The position numbers were made by a program, and so were the translations under genes. From a virus (lineage: Duplodnaviria; Caudoviricetes), in IMG/VR virus record IMGVR_UViG_3300021446_000188, positions 1 through 32,332 of that record: a DNA stretch of 32,332 nt; one strand, written 5' to 3'. Within the stretch, counting starts at the first letter, position 1, and each line of letters opens with the position of its first letter. The notes beneath the pieces were generated by a model. That model ran no database searches. It was given only the letters and a program-made list of their open reading frames with translations, and had not been told where the DNA came from. Below are positions 32,211 to 32,332 of this stretch, piece by piece.

Positions 32211-32332
32211 CTATCTGATGTCGTGGCCGAGCGAGTCGACAAGCGTCTGAAGCGTCAGGCCGCAGTCCGTGCAGCGCTGCATCCCGTTGCTGTCGCGGCC
32301 GATCTCGTGGTCGCCGCTTGGGCAAGCGTCGT
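32211..32332 (-). CDS. 3' end of a zinc-finger protein entering from outside the window (...DACPSGDH...RCTDCGLTLQTLVDSLGHDIR*)
   Basis: Open minus frame from the window edge to TAG at 32211; C-x4-H...CxxC pattern. Confidence 0.65.
   Translation of the reverse strand, partial: DACPSGDHEIGRDSNGMQRCTDCGLTLQTLVDSLGHDIR

Larger units (their letters stand above)
1..32332. mobile_element. Haloarchaeal tailed virus / provirus (siphovirus-like), incomplete at both window edges
   Basis: Complete head-neck-tail gene order (TerS-TerL-portal-MuF-protease-MCP-neck-tube-chaperone-TMP-hub-fibres); acidic proteome; no sheath; ORFs run off both ends. Confidence 0.95.

Noticed and set aside
32132-32254. 11-bp inverted repeat cgcttcagacg/cgtctgaagcg suggesting an ncRNA
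   Set aside because: The right arm lies within the coding 3' end of the zinc-finger ORF (32211-32332); probably chance

Overview
The window is most of the genome of a tailed haloarchaeal virus or provirus: high GC, strongly acidic proteins, archaeal TATA/leaderless starts, and a long tape measure with no sheath gene, so siphovirus-like. Both window ends cut genes, and no integrase, att site, replicase or tRNA is visible. Left arm (1-4.2 kb): regulatory region with a PadR-like protein, two divergent ribbon-helix-helix genes, a winged-HTH repressor with palindromic operators, structured non-coding gaps, and an HNH endonuclease that splits a SWIM-finger gene. Middle (4.4-29.3 kb): rightward late cluster with small Zn-finger and membrane genes, a glycosidase-like beta-propeller/C1q-like protein convergent with an FkbM methyltransferase, TerS, TerL, portal, MuF, protease/scaffold, cement, major capsid, neck, tail tube, a -1 frameshifting chaperone, tape measure, hub and fibre/adhesin genes. 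Right arm (29.4-32.3 kb): leftward genes behind two near-identical 75-bp palindromic promoter repeats. The best candidate novel system is the glycan-binding/hydrolase plus glycan-methyltransferase cassette (possible receptor recognition and masking). The N-terminus of its large protein resembles a small protein encoded just before the tail tube gene. Family calls come from motif recognition by eye, not database searches.
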